A stretch of DNA of 43,085 nt, taken from positions 1 through 43,085 of IMG/VR virus record IMGVR_UViG_3300028072_000010; one strand, written 5' to 3'. The notes beneath the pieces were generated by a model that saw only the letters and a program-made list of their open reading frames with translations, did not search any database and had not been told where the DNA came from. Made by a program: the position numbers and the translations under genes. The DNA comes from a virus. Its lineage: Duplodnaviria; Caudoviricetes. This document shows positions 20,003 through 29,400 of this stretch, in pieces; position 1 is the first letter of the stretch; every line of letters begins with the position of its first letter.

Positions 20003-20452
20003 ATGACAATCGCACTCGCCACTGATAACGGCAATCATCCGCCCGCAAGTTGGGCACAGGCCACCGCGCAAACCATCATCGACCTCGGCAATGTCCCCGC
20101 CCAACGACAGGCCGCTGGACAAGAACTGCAAGCCAATATCGCCTATGCGCTGACCGGCTACTATTCAGCCGTGCTCGACCGCGAGAAGGATCATCTCGCC
20201 CTCTACCATGACCATTGCGACTCACCCTACGATGTCTCGAAATTCGTCAAGATGGCGGTGATCGAGATCACTGACCTCGCTCGCGACACGCCATGGGAAA
20301 CCCTGATCCTCAGCGAGCCGTGGCAGCAAACGGTGTATAGCACGATCGGCGACCATCTGGCCTCGGCGATCCACGTCGAGCGATTGCTGTATGGTGACGC
20401 TCATCCGGACAATTCATCAGCGATGGCCTATCGTCATCGGTTTCATAGATGA
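20003..20452 (+). CDS. hypothetical protein (tail region)
   Basis: Start refined to ATG 20003, 5 nt after TAAATA (19992-19997). Confidence 0.65.
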   Translation: MTIALATDNGNHPPASWAQATAQTIIDLGNVPAQRQAAGQELQANIAYALTGYYSAVLDREKDHLALYHDHCDSPYDVSKFVKMAVIEITDLARDTPWETLILSEPWQQTVYSTIGDHLASAIHVERLLYGDAHPDNSSAMAYRHRFHR

Positions 20453-20989
20453 TTAAAGAAGCGATGGATGAATGAACTCACCGTGCCTAGCTTGGGCTAT
20501 GCGTCGGTAGATTTCGGCCGCTTCCTCCGGCGTGTCGAAGTATCCTCTTTTAACTCTTCTACCTTCGATTACAATTTGAGCGAACCATTTTTGGTGGTCG
20601 TGTGACCAAGACACTCCGATATATCCAGATGTGTTATTCCGTCGCTTGCCTATGTTATGTCGTTGCTGACTGCGATTTGCCAAGCGAAGATTCTCCCACC
20701 GATTGTCGGCGTATTTTCCGTTTTTATGATCAATCTCTTCCGGTGGGGAATTGCCGGTCATCATGTACCAGATGATGCGGTGCGCGTAGTATTGCACACT
20801 ATCCAAATGTACTGTGCGATGGCCGAGTATATTAATTGATCCTGCTATCTTACCCGCGTGTTTCGCGTTCCACCGATTTGTCTCTCGATCACAACCTTGT
20901 TTGGCTTTCCAGCGCAGTTCTCCAGACGCGGGATCATAATCGAAACGCTGATATAAATACCCGAGATCAGGCAATGTAATAAACTGCAT
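20453..20989 (-). CDS. HNH-AP2 homing endonuclease
   Basis: YDPASG.L.W, AHRIIW, IDHKNG...DNR.ENLR, AP2 tail; paralog of 8096..8680. Confidence 0.9.
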   Translation of the reverse strand: MQFITLPDLGYLYQRFDYDPASGELRWKAKQGCDRETNRWNAKHAGKIAGSINILGHRTVHLDSVQYYAHRIIWYMMTGNSPPEEIDHKNGKYADNRWENLRLANRSQQRHNIGKRRNNTSGYIGVSWSHDHQKWFAQIVIEGRRVKRGYFDTPEEAAEIYRRIAQARHGEFIHPSLL

Positions 20990-21046
20990 ACTCGCAGCAT
21001 AGCAAAGTCCAATTCTGCTTTCAATTTCCCGATATAGGAATCCATC

Positions 21047-21727
21047 ATGGGGTCAATCTCAACCGCGTATTGCACCAGCGCCAAGGCTGAACACCTCTAT
21101 GGTGCACACAATTTCGGCGCCACGGTGACGCCGACCGGCAACACCACTTCCGGCGCCTTCACCGTCACATCGATGTCGAGCAATACCGGCGTGTGTGTCG
21201 GTATGGCGATTACCGGTGCGGGTATCCCCGGATCGACCGTGGTCGCCAGCATCGATTCAGCGACGCAAATTACATTGTCGAAGGCAGCGACTGCCACAGC
21301 CACCGGCGTATCGCTCAGCATTACGGGCGACGTGTTTAAGATCGCGCTCGTGAAAGCAGCCCCGACGGGCACCTATGGCGCGGCGACGGTGAATTACTCC
21401 GACATTGTATCGGACGAGGTCACGGGCACCGGCTATTCAGCGACGGGTGTTGCACTTACTAATGTGTCGCCAGTAACCAGCGGAACGACGGCGTACGTTA
21501 CGTATTCACCAAACCCCAGTTGGACATCGAGTACTTTTTCAACCGATGGTTGTCTCGTGTACAATACGAATGCCCGATTGGGTGGAACATCGGGCAGTAA
21601 TACCCAAGGCGCAGGTCGGGCGATGGGTGTGTTCTCATTCGGCGGAACTCAGACAGTGACGGCCGGGACTCTGACGATTCTCATGCCTTCGGCTTTGCCG
21701 GCCTCGGCCATTTTCCGTCTCGCTTGA
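21047..21727 (+). CDS. virion structural protein
   Basis: FKIAL...YS...EV.GTGY.A.G..L, W.SSTF...G.LVYN, V.SFGG motifs, with a small inserted beta-domain (VGM.ITG.GIP..T.V.SI.S.TQITLS). Confidence 0.7.
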   Translation: MGSISTAYCTSAKAEHLYGAHNFGATVTPTGNTTSGAFTVTSMSSNTGVCVGMAITGAGIPGSTVVASIDSATQITLSKAATATATGVSLSITGDVFKIALVKAAPTGTYGAATVNYSDIVSDEVTGTGYSATGVALTNVSPVTSGTTAYVTYSPNPSWTSSTFSTDGCLVYNTNARLGGTSGSNTQGAGRAMGVFSFGGTQTVTAGTLTILMPSALPASAIFRLA

Positions 21728-21746
21728 TTCATAAAGGATATCTGAC

Positions 21747-21998
21747 ATGACATTCCAATCTGGTTATCGCATGTGGTCGGGCGAGCAACTCAATGGTCAA
21801 CTCGCTGGCCCCACTGGTCCAACGGGTCCTACAGGATCAGCGGGTGCCACTGGGGCGGCAGGGGCGGGTGCTTCATCCAGTGCACCAGCGACCGCGTCCT
21901 CGACTGGCACAGCCGGCACGGTGGCGTATGACGCGACGCATATCTATGTCTGCATCGCGACCAATACCTGGGTGCGTGCAACACTAGCGACTTGGTAA
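21747..21998 (+). CDS. mini collagen-like fibre protein
   Basis: GPT/GAT triplets then APATASSTGTAG..AYD...IYVC.ATNTW.R; AAGGA SD. Confidence 0.7.
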   Translation: MTFQSGYRMWSGEQLNGQLAGPTGPTGPTGSAGATGAAGAGASSSAPATASSTGTAGTVAYDATHIYVCIATNTWVRATLATW

Positions 21999-21999
21999 G

Positions 22000-22185
22000 A
22001 TGCCCTTCCCGCTCCCAGAGGTTATCAAAATGTGGCATGGCCGGGAGATCAATGAGGCGATCTCCGACGCCATGAAACAATTGATGGAAGAAATGCTGAA
22101 TCAATTCGGCAATATCACCCAAGGCCCCACCGGGCCAACGGGTCCCCGAGGGCCTATGGGAGCGACCGGCCCCACAGGTCCGTGA
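22000..22185 (+). CDS. mini collagen-like protein
   Basis: 61 aa ending in (GPx)n; starts 1 nt after the upstream stop. Confidence 0.6.
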   Translation: MPFPLPEVIKMWHGREINEAISDAMKQLMEEMLNQFGNITQGPTGPTGPRGPMGATGPTGP

Positions 22186-22361
22186 CCAATAATCGATTAA
22201 TTCGCGAGTATTGTCTGCGAGTTCTGCGGATGGCGTCGAAGAAAGATGTGGAGGTCATCATCGGACAGGTGCTCGCCCAGTTGATCCATGAACAGCGATT
22301 GAAGGGATTATCCGGGGCGATCAACGAAATGATCAACGCGATCAACCATTACAACCGGTAA
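22182..22361 (+). CDS. small hypothetical protein (not in ORF track)
   Basis: GTGA coupling; 59 aa helical ORF (MTNNRLIREYCLRVLRMASKKDVEVIIG...) ending just before a terminator. Confidence 0.5.
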   Translation: MTNNRLIREYCLRVLRMASKKDVEVIIGQVLAQLIHEQRLKGLSGAINEMINAINHYNR

Positions 22362-22371
22362 ATCCTTAAAT

Positions 22372-22396
22372 AACCCTCGAAGATCGGGGGTTTTTT
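22372..22396 (+). terminator. intrinsic terminator
   Basis: AACCCTCGA-AGA-TCGGGGGTT stem running into a T tract. Confidence 0.6.
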
Positions 22397-22408
22397 ATGT
22401 GCGCTGTC

Positions 22409-23053
22409 TTATCTGCATCGTTCACATCGCTTGGCGCGATTTCCACCACGGAATTGAACGCCACAGGACATGCAGACGTGGATAAATCCTTTTTTGTCAT
22501 ATGTCGGGAATCCACGTTCAAGTCCGTGCAAGCGATGATGCTCAGTTTGTGGCAGGACCATAAGATTATCCAGCGCGTAATTCCATCTATCGCCGTCAAC
22601 ATGATGCACATGTTGGTCGGGGGCAAGTCGATATCCAAGATGTTCTTCCATCAAGTAGCGGTGGATCAAGGCTGTTCTTCCCGGAGCTATCGGCGTCATC
22701 ATGGGATAGCATTTTCGATTTCGTCGCCTTTTGATATTGCGTCGCACAGGAATATCAAGCTTTCGCAGATGCTCGATCACGGCTGCCGAATTGCATCCGA
22801 CTGTACGCGCGATTTCGTGCGACGTATGTACCGAATAGGCAGCTTCAAGCCATTCACGATCGTTCAACTTTTCCGATACGCGCGGCCGACCCGTCGGTCG
22901 AGTATCGATACCGTGGCGATGCAAAGCGTGAGTCACCCCAGTTGGCGAGCATTTAAGCCGTTCAGCAATCTGTCGAACCGTCTGAGTAGCATATGCTGCT
23001 CTCAGCCAATCCCCATTGTGCAGTTCTTTAATGTGTTTGGGCATAGTGGTCAT
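22409..23053 (-). CDS. HNH endonuclease with tandem N-terminal HTH repeats
   Basis: Two WL.AAY....IA..(L/V).C HTH units; HRYLME.HLG..L...HVHHVDGDR.N..LDNL..L...EH..LH; C-terminal CxxC..CxxC. Confidence 0.85.
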   Translation of the reverse strand: MTTMPKHIKELHNGDWLRAAYATQTVRQIAERLKCSPTGVTHALHRHGIDTRPTGRPRVSEKLNDREWLEAAYSVHTSHEIARTVGCNSAAVIEHLRKLDIPVRRNIKRRRNRKCYPMMTPIAPGRTALIHRYLMEEHLGYRLAPDQHVHHVDGDRWNYALDNLMVLPQTEHHRLHGLERGFPTYDKKGFIHVCMSCGVQFRGGNRAKRCERCR

Positions 23054-23083
23054 TATACCCTATTGGCGCAAAGGAGTCAGTAA

Positions 23084-24583
23084 ATGTCAACGCTTCTCGC
23101 TGAATCATTCGACCAGTACGCAGCAGCCGGCGGAGCGGCTGATATGGTCTCGGTCGGCTGGACTATTGGTAGTCTTACCATAACAAATTCCCCGAATACA
23201 CCGTTCAGTCAGGGACAAATTGCCAGCATTTTCAGCACCGGTGTCTCAAGCTACAACTGGGGAAGCAATGAGACGACGGTATACGGTTCGTTTTTCTATC
23301 TCAATCGAAGTGCCAGCAGTAGCACGAACTATGTCTATTTCTCATTCACCGATGCTGGAACTGCACAATGCACAATTCGACTGAATATGGATGGAAGTGT
23401 TGGACTTTATACTGGTGGTCCAACTGGAACTTTAATCAGTACCACTAGCTCAGTCTTTACTGGGGGTATTGTGACCACCCCTTGGACGAGTTTCCAATTC
23501 AAGATTGTCATTAATAACACCACGGGGTCGATAGAGATACGGCAGAACGGTGGACCGTCGAATATCATCACTCAGACCAGCGTGAATACCAGAGGCGGGA
23601 CATCCAATTCCTATATCAATGGAATATCAATAGCTACGACTGGCGTAACAGGTACTGGAGTTATTGACAATCTATTCTTGAACAACACATCAGGCAACGC
23701 GCCGACCAGTTGGCCGGGTGAGATGCGGGCATTGCAACAGACGCCGACAACGGTAGTGACGCCTAATTTCTCGGTGTCTCCTACGACAATATCGCAAACA
23801 ACACCGACGAACAGTCTAGGTATCACTGAAAGCGCCAACACAACTTATTATGCGCCGTTCATCGCAACAGATACTGGCACTGTTGGATCGCTGACGTTTG
23901 TAATGAATGCCAATCTGACTGGCAATTGCAAATTCGCCATCTATGATAATACTGGACCATCAGGAGCGCCGGGGACATCTCTGGCAACATCTAGTGCGGT
24001 AAACAATCCGACCACCACTGGACCAAACGTTGCGACTTTTTCAAGTCCTCCTAGTTTAGTGAAAGGTGCCAGCTATTACGTTGCATCGGTGCAGGATGCC
24101 TCAGCAAATTACAGAGGTGCAGCAAGCACATTAGCCTACACAAGCTCCACCTCGTACGCCAGTTTCCCAGTGAACAGTCCAACCTTTGCCAGTGGTCCTG
24201 TTAGCATCAATACGGTCGCGGCGACGCTAGTCAACACAATCAACAGTGCCGGTGCGGTCTATCAACTGACTGAAGATCAAGACACTACTTACATCTATAC
24301 GTCGTCGAATGTCGAGGACAAATACAATATGTCGGCTGCGGTCGCCTCGACCTATCAGGTCGTCTGCGTCCAATATTATGCCATGTGGAAGAAGGCCGAT
24401 GTTGGCACTCGCACTGCTGCACTATCGGTCACAGCAAATGGCAGCAGCGATACCAATCTGACATCAGTCACGCCGACCTTGGTATATGCCTATTCGATCA
24501 AAACCCTAGAACTCGATCCGACCGGTGCGACATGGACGCCGACCAATGTCAATGGTGCGGTCGTAGGGATCACGGCGTCGTAA
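23084..24583 (+). CDS. S/T/G-rich virion structural protein
   Basis: 499 aa, beta-rich; L..ESFD start, DPTGA.WT...VN end; AAGGAG SD. Confidence 0.7.
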   Translation: MSTLLAESFDQYAAAGGAADMVSVGWTIGSLTITNSPNTPFSQGQIASIFSTGVSSYNWGSNETTVYGSFFYLNRSASSSTNYVYFSFTDAGTAQCTIRLNMDGSVGLYTGGPTGTLISTTSSVFTGGIVTTPWTSFQFKIVINNTTGSIEIRQNGGPSNIITQTSVNTRGGTSNSYINGISIATTGVTGTGVIDNLFLNNTSGNAPTSWPGEMRALQQTPTTVVTPNFSVSPTTISQTTPTNSLGITESANTTYYAPFIATDTGTVGSLTFVMNANLTGNCKFAIYDNTGPSGAPGTSLATSSAVNNPTTTGPNVATFSSPPSLVKGASYYVASVQDASANYRGAASTLAYTSSTSYASFPVNSPTFASGPVSINTVAATLVNTINSAGAVYQLTEDQDTTYIYTSSNVEDKYNMSAAVASTYQVVCVQYYAMWKKADVGTRTAALSVTANGSSDTNLTSVTPTLVYAYSIKTLELDPTGATWTPTNVNGAVVGITAS

Positions 24584-26368
24584 ATGGCCTTTACTGTCTG
24601 GGATACCGTCCAAAAATCAGCCGGCCTAACGCTAAGCGGTGGTAATCTCACCGCCACTGGCAATATTTCTCTTAACGGCGTTCGTGCTGCCGATACACAG
24701 ACCTCGGGAAAATTCTACTTCGAGATTACGACTGGCGCGACCTATGGAACCAGTCAGAACAGCATAGGCATCTGCAATGGCAACGTATCTTCGTCGAACA
24801 TTGCCAACTCTATGGGCAGTACCCTTCTGAATGTTGCAATCACTGCTAAGGGCAGTGGTAACATCTTTGTCAATAACGTCAATTCCGGTTTGACGATTGG
24901 CGCAATTGCAATCAACACAGTCGTCTGCGTAGCCGTTGATTTGTCGGCCAAACTGATTTGGTTTCGCAAAGGTGCAGCAGGAAGCTGGAATGCAACCTCT
25001 GGAAGCACAAACGATCCAGCAACTGGCGTTGGCGGTGCATCTATCGCATCTATTGCTCCTGCTTACCAGAACTTCTATCCGGCAATTGGGCTTGCAAGCT
25101 CAGGTGACACAGTAACAGCCAATTTCGGTGCTACTGGTTTCACTGGTAGTGTGCCATCAGGCTATACGTCGGGGTGGACAACTGGCGTAACTGCACTCTC
25201 TGATGTCATAGCTACACAGATCGGTGCATCAGCATGGGTCACTAATACTCATGCGCCATTCAATGTCACGCAAATCGGTGCCTCGATCTGGATTGCAAAT
25301 CAAGTTGTCGCCGCCTATCCTCTCGGCGTTTCTGGTACTGGAGGCGCCGGTACAGTCACCACTCAGATCATAATTCCAGGATTAGATGTTCCAATCACTG
25401 GCGTTGCAGGTACTGGCGCTGCTGGTAGTCCAACAATCAGCATCTCTGCCAATCCAGCTATAACCGGCGTAGAAACTGATAGCGCGGTCGGAACCCCGAG
25501 CATCAGTCTTGGGGGCAGTGTCGCCATCAGCGGCGTCGAATCCACTGGCATTGCAGGATCGGTCATCGCCGAAGCCGATATTTCACTCATTGGCGTCGAG
25601 TCCGTCGGCCAAGTCGGAACGCCGACGATCTCAGCGACCGCCAACACCGCGCTCACCGGCGTGCCAATCACCACTGGCATCGGCGGTTTCACTTTCCAGA
25701 TCGACGCTGATCAGCCGATCACCGGCGTCCAATCATCCGGCCTAGCTGGATCACCCGTCCCCTCGATCGCCCCCATGATCGACGGCGTCGAACTCACCGC
25801 GAGTGTCGGTGATCCAACGGTCGAAATCACCTTCCTCAACGGCGTGGAAATCGTCTGCGGGATCGGACCGGTCACCCCGAGTATCGACGCCGTACGTCTC
25901 ACCGGTGTGCAGATAGCGGCCTCGATTGGCCATCCGCTGGCGCAGGTCGTCATCCCCAATCGCACCTTGGTCCAGATCAATACCGGAGTCCAAGCGACCG
26001 CGACCATCGGACATCCGATCCCGCGTATCAGCATTGGAATTGAAGGGGTCGAATCCACCGCCCAAGTCGGACAACTAACCACACTCAACTACTCAGGCGT
26101 CATGGCGATCACCGATCTCATGGTGATCCAAGACCAGTCGATCGACGAGGATACCATGTTGACACTCCGCTGGTCCGATACCGAAGGCCAGTCGTGGAAT
26201 ATGCCGGTCGATCGCCAGATGGGCAAGACCGGCGAATATCTTACCAATATCCAATGGCAGAGATTGGGGATGTCTCGGCGAGGTCGGGTGTTCGAGTTGT
26301 CGTGGAGTACTCCTAATCCGACCTGTCTGATCGGCGCCAGTCTCAAGATGACGGACGCTTCGACATGA
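24584..26368 (+). CDS. virion protein: SPRY-like + TGV repeat stalk + gp10-like C-terminal module
   Basis: LSGGNLTA, SGKFYFE, AVDL..KLIWF.K, ANFG..F...PSGY (SPRY-like); about ten (I/L)xGV..T...G repeats. Ends LRWSDTEGQSW...MGK.GEYLT..W.RLGMSR.GRVFELSW. Confidence 0.8.
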   Translation: MAFTVWDTVQKSAGLTLSGGNLTATGNISLNGVRAADTQTSGKFYFEITTGATYGTSQNSIGICNGNVSSSNIANSMGSTLLNVAITAKGSGNIFVNNVNSGLTIGAIAINTVVCVAVDLSAKLIWFRKGAAGSWNATSGSTNDPATGVGGASIASIAPAYQNFYPAIGLASSGDTVTANFGATGFTGSVPSGYTSGWTTGVTALSDVIATQIGASAWVTNTHAPFNVTQIGASIWIANQVVAAYPLGVSGTGGAGTVTTQIIIPGLDVPITGVAGTGAAGSPTISISANPAITGVETDSAVGTPSISLGGSVAISGVESTGIAGSVIAEADISLIGVESVGQVGTPTISATANTALTGVPITTGIGGFTFQIDADQPITGVQSSGLAGSPVPSIAPMIDGVELTASVGDPTVEITFLNGVEIVCGIGPVTPSIDAVRLTGVQIAASIGHPLAQVVIPNRTLVQINTGVQATATIGHPIPRISIGIEGVESTAQVGQLTTLNYSGVMAITDLMVIQDQSIDEDTMLTLRWSDTEGQSWNMPVDRQMGKTGEYLTNIQWQRLGMSRRGRVFELSWSTPNPTCLIGASLKMTDAST

Positions 26369-27105
26369 CCAATCCCATCTCGCAAATTCCTAATGCCCCC
26401 CTGCCGCCGATCAGCCAACAGATTGTCTCGGCCGATGGCCTCGCCACCTCGCAATTCTATCGCTTCCTGCTCGGTCTCTGGACCCGAACTGGCGGGGCTT
26501 TGGGGGTGAACACGTCCGACACCGTGCAGGTCGCCACCCAAGCGCTCCAGACGGCGAACACGGCGTCTCAGCAATCGCAGACCACGGCGGCGGGGTTGGC
26601 CGTGGTGCAACTCGAAATCGCCACCCTAAGCAACGAATTGGCGACCGTGTCCAACACCGCGAGTTCAGCGTCCACCACCGCCAACAACAATCAGTCACTC
26701 ATGTTGTTGAAGGTCGCCAACCTCAACGACGTGGGGTCGAAGGCCGCTGCCCGGCTGAACCTCGGAGTCGGCACCTATCCCGCCGTCTATAGCTTTGATA
26801 CCTTGCCAGTGGGACTTCGTCGTGGCATACCGCTGATCTTCCCCGTGGCGACCAGTGCCAATCTGGCGGGCACACAGGTGTGGTGGGATGCCGCTCCGAC
26901 TAGCGATGCGGTATTCCATGTGTCGTCGAAGAACTTGGGGGCGATTGGCACGATCACCATCGCCGCTGCGGGGACTGGTGTGGTATTCTCGTTACAGGCG
27001 GCGGTGGCGATGACGGTGGGGGACACGCTGATTGTCACGTGTCCTTCACCGGTCGATGGATCGTTGAGTAGGGTGGGGATCACGATCCCCTTGACGCTGT
27101 TATAG
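26365..27105 (+). CDS. tail needle-like protein (P22 gp26 position)
   Basis: N-terminal FYRFL..LW.RTGG, heptad coiled coil, NL.DV...AAR.NLG, C-terminal knob; ATGA-coupled to the gp10-C-bearing gene. Confidence 0.65.
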   Translation: MTNPISQIPNAPLPPISQQIVSADGLATSQFYRFLLGLWTRTGGALGVNTSDTVQVATQALQTANTASQQSQTTAAGLAVVQLEIATLSNELATVSNTASSASTTANNNQSLMLLKVANLNDVGSKAAARLNLGVGTYPAVYSFDTLPVGLRRGIPLIFPVATSANLAGTQVWWDAAPTSDAVFHVSSKNLGAIGTITIAAAGTGVVFSLQAAVAMTVGDTLIVTCPSPVDGSLSRVGITIPLTLL

Positions 27106-27239
27106 CCGTTATCGGCTTTAGGAGGCACGTCGTGCCCTTTTTTCGTCGTAGCCGGTGATCCGGCTGAGAATCTGCGCTATGCCCTATTTTCGTCGAGTCG
27201 GATATCCGACTGGTGAGGCGTGACGGGTCAATCGTGTTG

Positions 27240-27389
27240 TTATCGCAGCCCTTCGGCTTGGCGTATCTCTTGTATACGCTCGATCAGGCGAACGGCCATC
27301 ACTCGCAGTTCGTCCTCGGACATGTCATCTGTATAATCCCGTAGCACGTCCATGATTTCTTCGATCTTGCGTTGCAACAGCGTTATCAC
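27240..27389 (-). CDS. small hypothetical protein (not in ORF track)
   Basis: AAAGGAGA SD, GTG start, 49 aa helical MITLLQRKIEEIMDVLRDYTDDMSEDELRVMAVRLIERIQEIRQAEGLR*. Confidence 0.55.
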   Translation of the reverse strand: MITLLQRKIEEIMDVLRDYTDDMSEDELRVMAVRLIERIQEIRQAEGLR

Positions 27390-27446
27390 GTTATGTCTCC
27401 TTTCCACGTGAAACCTATCGGCAAGAATCGTCCGTGTAAATATCCC

Positions 27447-28499
27447 ATGCCGCCTTTTATCATCTATGCCTTACCTCGATCTCGAACTTATTGGTTGTCG
27501 CGTTACCTCACCTATGGCGAATGGCAGTGCGGCCACGACGAACTGCGGCATTGTCGGTCGATGGACGATGTCACCTCATGGCTCGCCCAGCCATGCACCG
27601 GATCGGTGGAGACCGCTGCCGCACCCTTCTGGCGACTGGTCAAGGACGTGAAGACCGTCACCATCCGGCGTCCAATCGATGAGGTGGTCGAAAGTTTTCT
27701 GCGATTGGGCTTTCCCGTCGATCGCGAGGTGTTCCGCCGCTATATGCTGCAATTCGACCGCAAACTCGACCAGATCGAACAGCGGGTGCCGAATGTGTTG
27801 TCCGTCACCTTCGATGATCTTCGTTACGAAGAAACATGCAAAAAAGTTTTTGAATTCTGTCTGCCATACCCACATGACCCTTCGTGGTGGAATCTGATGG
27901 CGCCGCTTAATCTACAAATTAATATGCACCATCTCGTTCGATATTACGCGGCGCATGAAACCCAACTCACGAAGCTGGCGAAGATCGCTAAACATCAGAC
28001 GATCGCCCAAATGAATCGCGATCTGGTCGCCGTGGATCAGGATGACGGCCTGACCATCCAAGAGGAAAGTTTATCCAGTGCTGTGGAGGCCAAGGCGCTG
28101 TTCGCCGAGCATTGTGTGCTGGTCGGTGAATCGCCCGATTCGTATGACACGAAGAACTGGCCGCTGATGCACAAATTGGAGGAATTGGGCGCCATTCAGG
28201 TGATGACCGCTCGGTGCAATGGCCGATTGTTTGGCTATTTGATGGCGTTGATCAGTCCGTCATTGGAATCCCCCGATATCCAGACGGCGATTCATACCAC
28301 GTTTTTCGCCTCGCCGGAGTTCAAGGGCTTGGGGATGAAGCTGCAACGGGCGTCGGTGGAGGCGTTGCGGGCGAAGGGGATCGACGAGGTGTATTTTCAT
28401 GCTGGGCCACGTGGCATGGGACCTCGGATGGGCACGGTGTATCGGCGATTGGGCGCGGTGGAGTTCGGCAATTTATGGAAACTTGAGTTAGAGCCATAA
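27447..28499 (+). CDS. P-loop/sulfotransferase-like domain fused to GNAT acetyltransferase
   Basis: Start refined to ATG 27447, 4 nt after TAAATA. LPRSRT.WLS..L and IRRP..EV..S motifs; C-terminal FFASPEFKGLGMKL...YRRLG GNAT motif. Confidence 0.7.
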   Translation: MPPFIIYALPRSRTYWLSRYLTYGEWQCGHDELRHCRSMDDVTSWLAQPCTGSVETAAAPFWRLVKDVKTVTIRRPIDEVVESFLRLGFPVDREVFRRYMLQFDRKLDQIEQRVPNVLSVTFDDLRYEETCKKVFEFCLPYPHDPSWWNLMAPLNLQINMHHLVRYYAAHETQLTKLAKIAKHQTIAQMNRDLVAVDQDDGLTIQEESLSSAVEAKALFAEHCVLVGESPDSYDTKNWPLMHKLEELGAIQVMTARCNGRLFGYLMALISPSLESPDIQTAIHTTFFASPEFKGLGMKLQRASVEALRAKGIDEVYFHAGPRGMGPRMGTVYRRLGAVEFGNLWKLELEP

Positions 28500-28526
28500 A
28501 TACCTGACAATCTAAGGTACAATATT

Positions 28527-29390
28527 ATGGGCTTGGCAGGGGCAGCAGTCGGAGGCGCCGCAATCAGTGGAGTGGCCGGACTAGGCGGATCGCTAATCAG
28601 TGGCAGTGCGGCCAAATCCGCAGCCGGTGTGCAGGCCGATGCCGCCCGTCAGGCAGCACAGCTTCAGGCGCAGCAATTCGAGACTACGCGAAACGACCTG
28701 CAACCATATAATCTGGCCGGTCAGGGCGTGCTCGATCCAATGACGGCGTATTTGAGAAAAAGCGCCGCCACTCTCGGCGGGGCGGCTGATCTGGCACAAG
28801 CCAATCTTCCCGGCAACATGACGCAAGCGCAATTATTACAGACTCCGGGATACCAATTTGCCGTCGATCAGGGCATGAAAGCAGTCCAGAATTCGCAAGC
28901 CTCAAAAGGCTTGGGCATGTCGGGCAGTGGTATCCGTGCTGGCACGAATTTCGCCACTGGACTCGCAAACCAAACATATAAAGACCAATTCGGCATCCAG
29001 CAACAAAGATACTTGGACTACGTGCAGAACTTCCAGAATCAGGCGGCGATCAATAGTCAGGTATTCGGCCAATATGGCACATTGGCGAACTTGGGCGAGA
29101 ACGCCGCCGCCAAATCAGGCGCCATTGGTCAAGCGGGTGCGGCTGCTGCTGGCACAAACATCGCGAATGCAGGCACTGCATTAGGTGCGGGTATCGCCGG
29201 TCAAGGTGGGGCGTTGGGCGCTGGGTTGTCGAATTTGGGCAATACGGCGAGCAGCGGACTCCAGAACTACGCGATGGCGCCGTATCTGCAATCCATTCTC
29301 ACTAAGTTGGGCGGAGGAGGCACCTCGCCGGTAGGTACATATAATGCACAAACCGGCATGCCGCAAACTGCCGATCCAATTAATAGTTAA
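28527..29390 (+). CDS. DNA ejection/pilot protein (P22 gp7-like)
   Basis: Gly/Ala-rich N-terminus, AA..QA.AA, L.PY..AG, TPGYQF..DQG..A..NS.A.KG...SG. Confidence 0.8.
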   Translation: MGLAGAAVGGAAISGVAGLGGSLISGSAAKSAAGVQADAARQAAQLQAQQFETTRNDLQPYNLAGQGVLDPMTAYLRKSAATLGGAADLAQANLPGNMTQAQLLQTPGYQFAVDQGMKAVQNSQASKGLGMSGSGIRAGTNFATGLANQTYKDQFGIQQQRYLDYVQNFQNQAAINSQVFGQYGTLANLGENAAAKSGAIGQAGAAAAGTNIANAGTALGAGIAGQGGALGAGLSNLGNTASSGLQNYAMAPYLQSILTKLGGGGTSPVGTYNAQTGMPQTADPINS

Positions 29391-29400
29391 GGAATAAGAA

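Noticed and set aside
22397-23083. Plus-strand 228 aa ORF
   Set aside because: Antisense shadow of the clear HNH gene.
15810-26155. Intein or intron explanation for the split gp10
   Set aside because: No intein C/S...HN junction motifs and no group I/II intron hallmarks noticed; the intervening ~10 kb encodes ordinary virion genes. Not formally excluded without RNA data.
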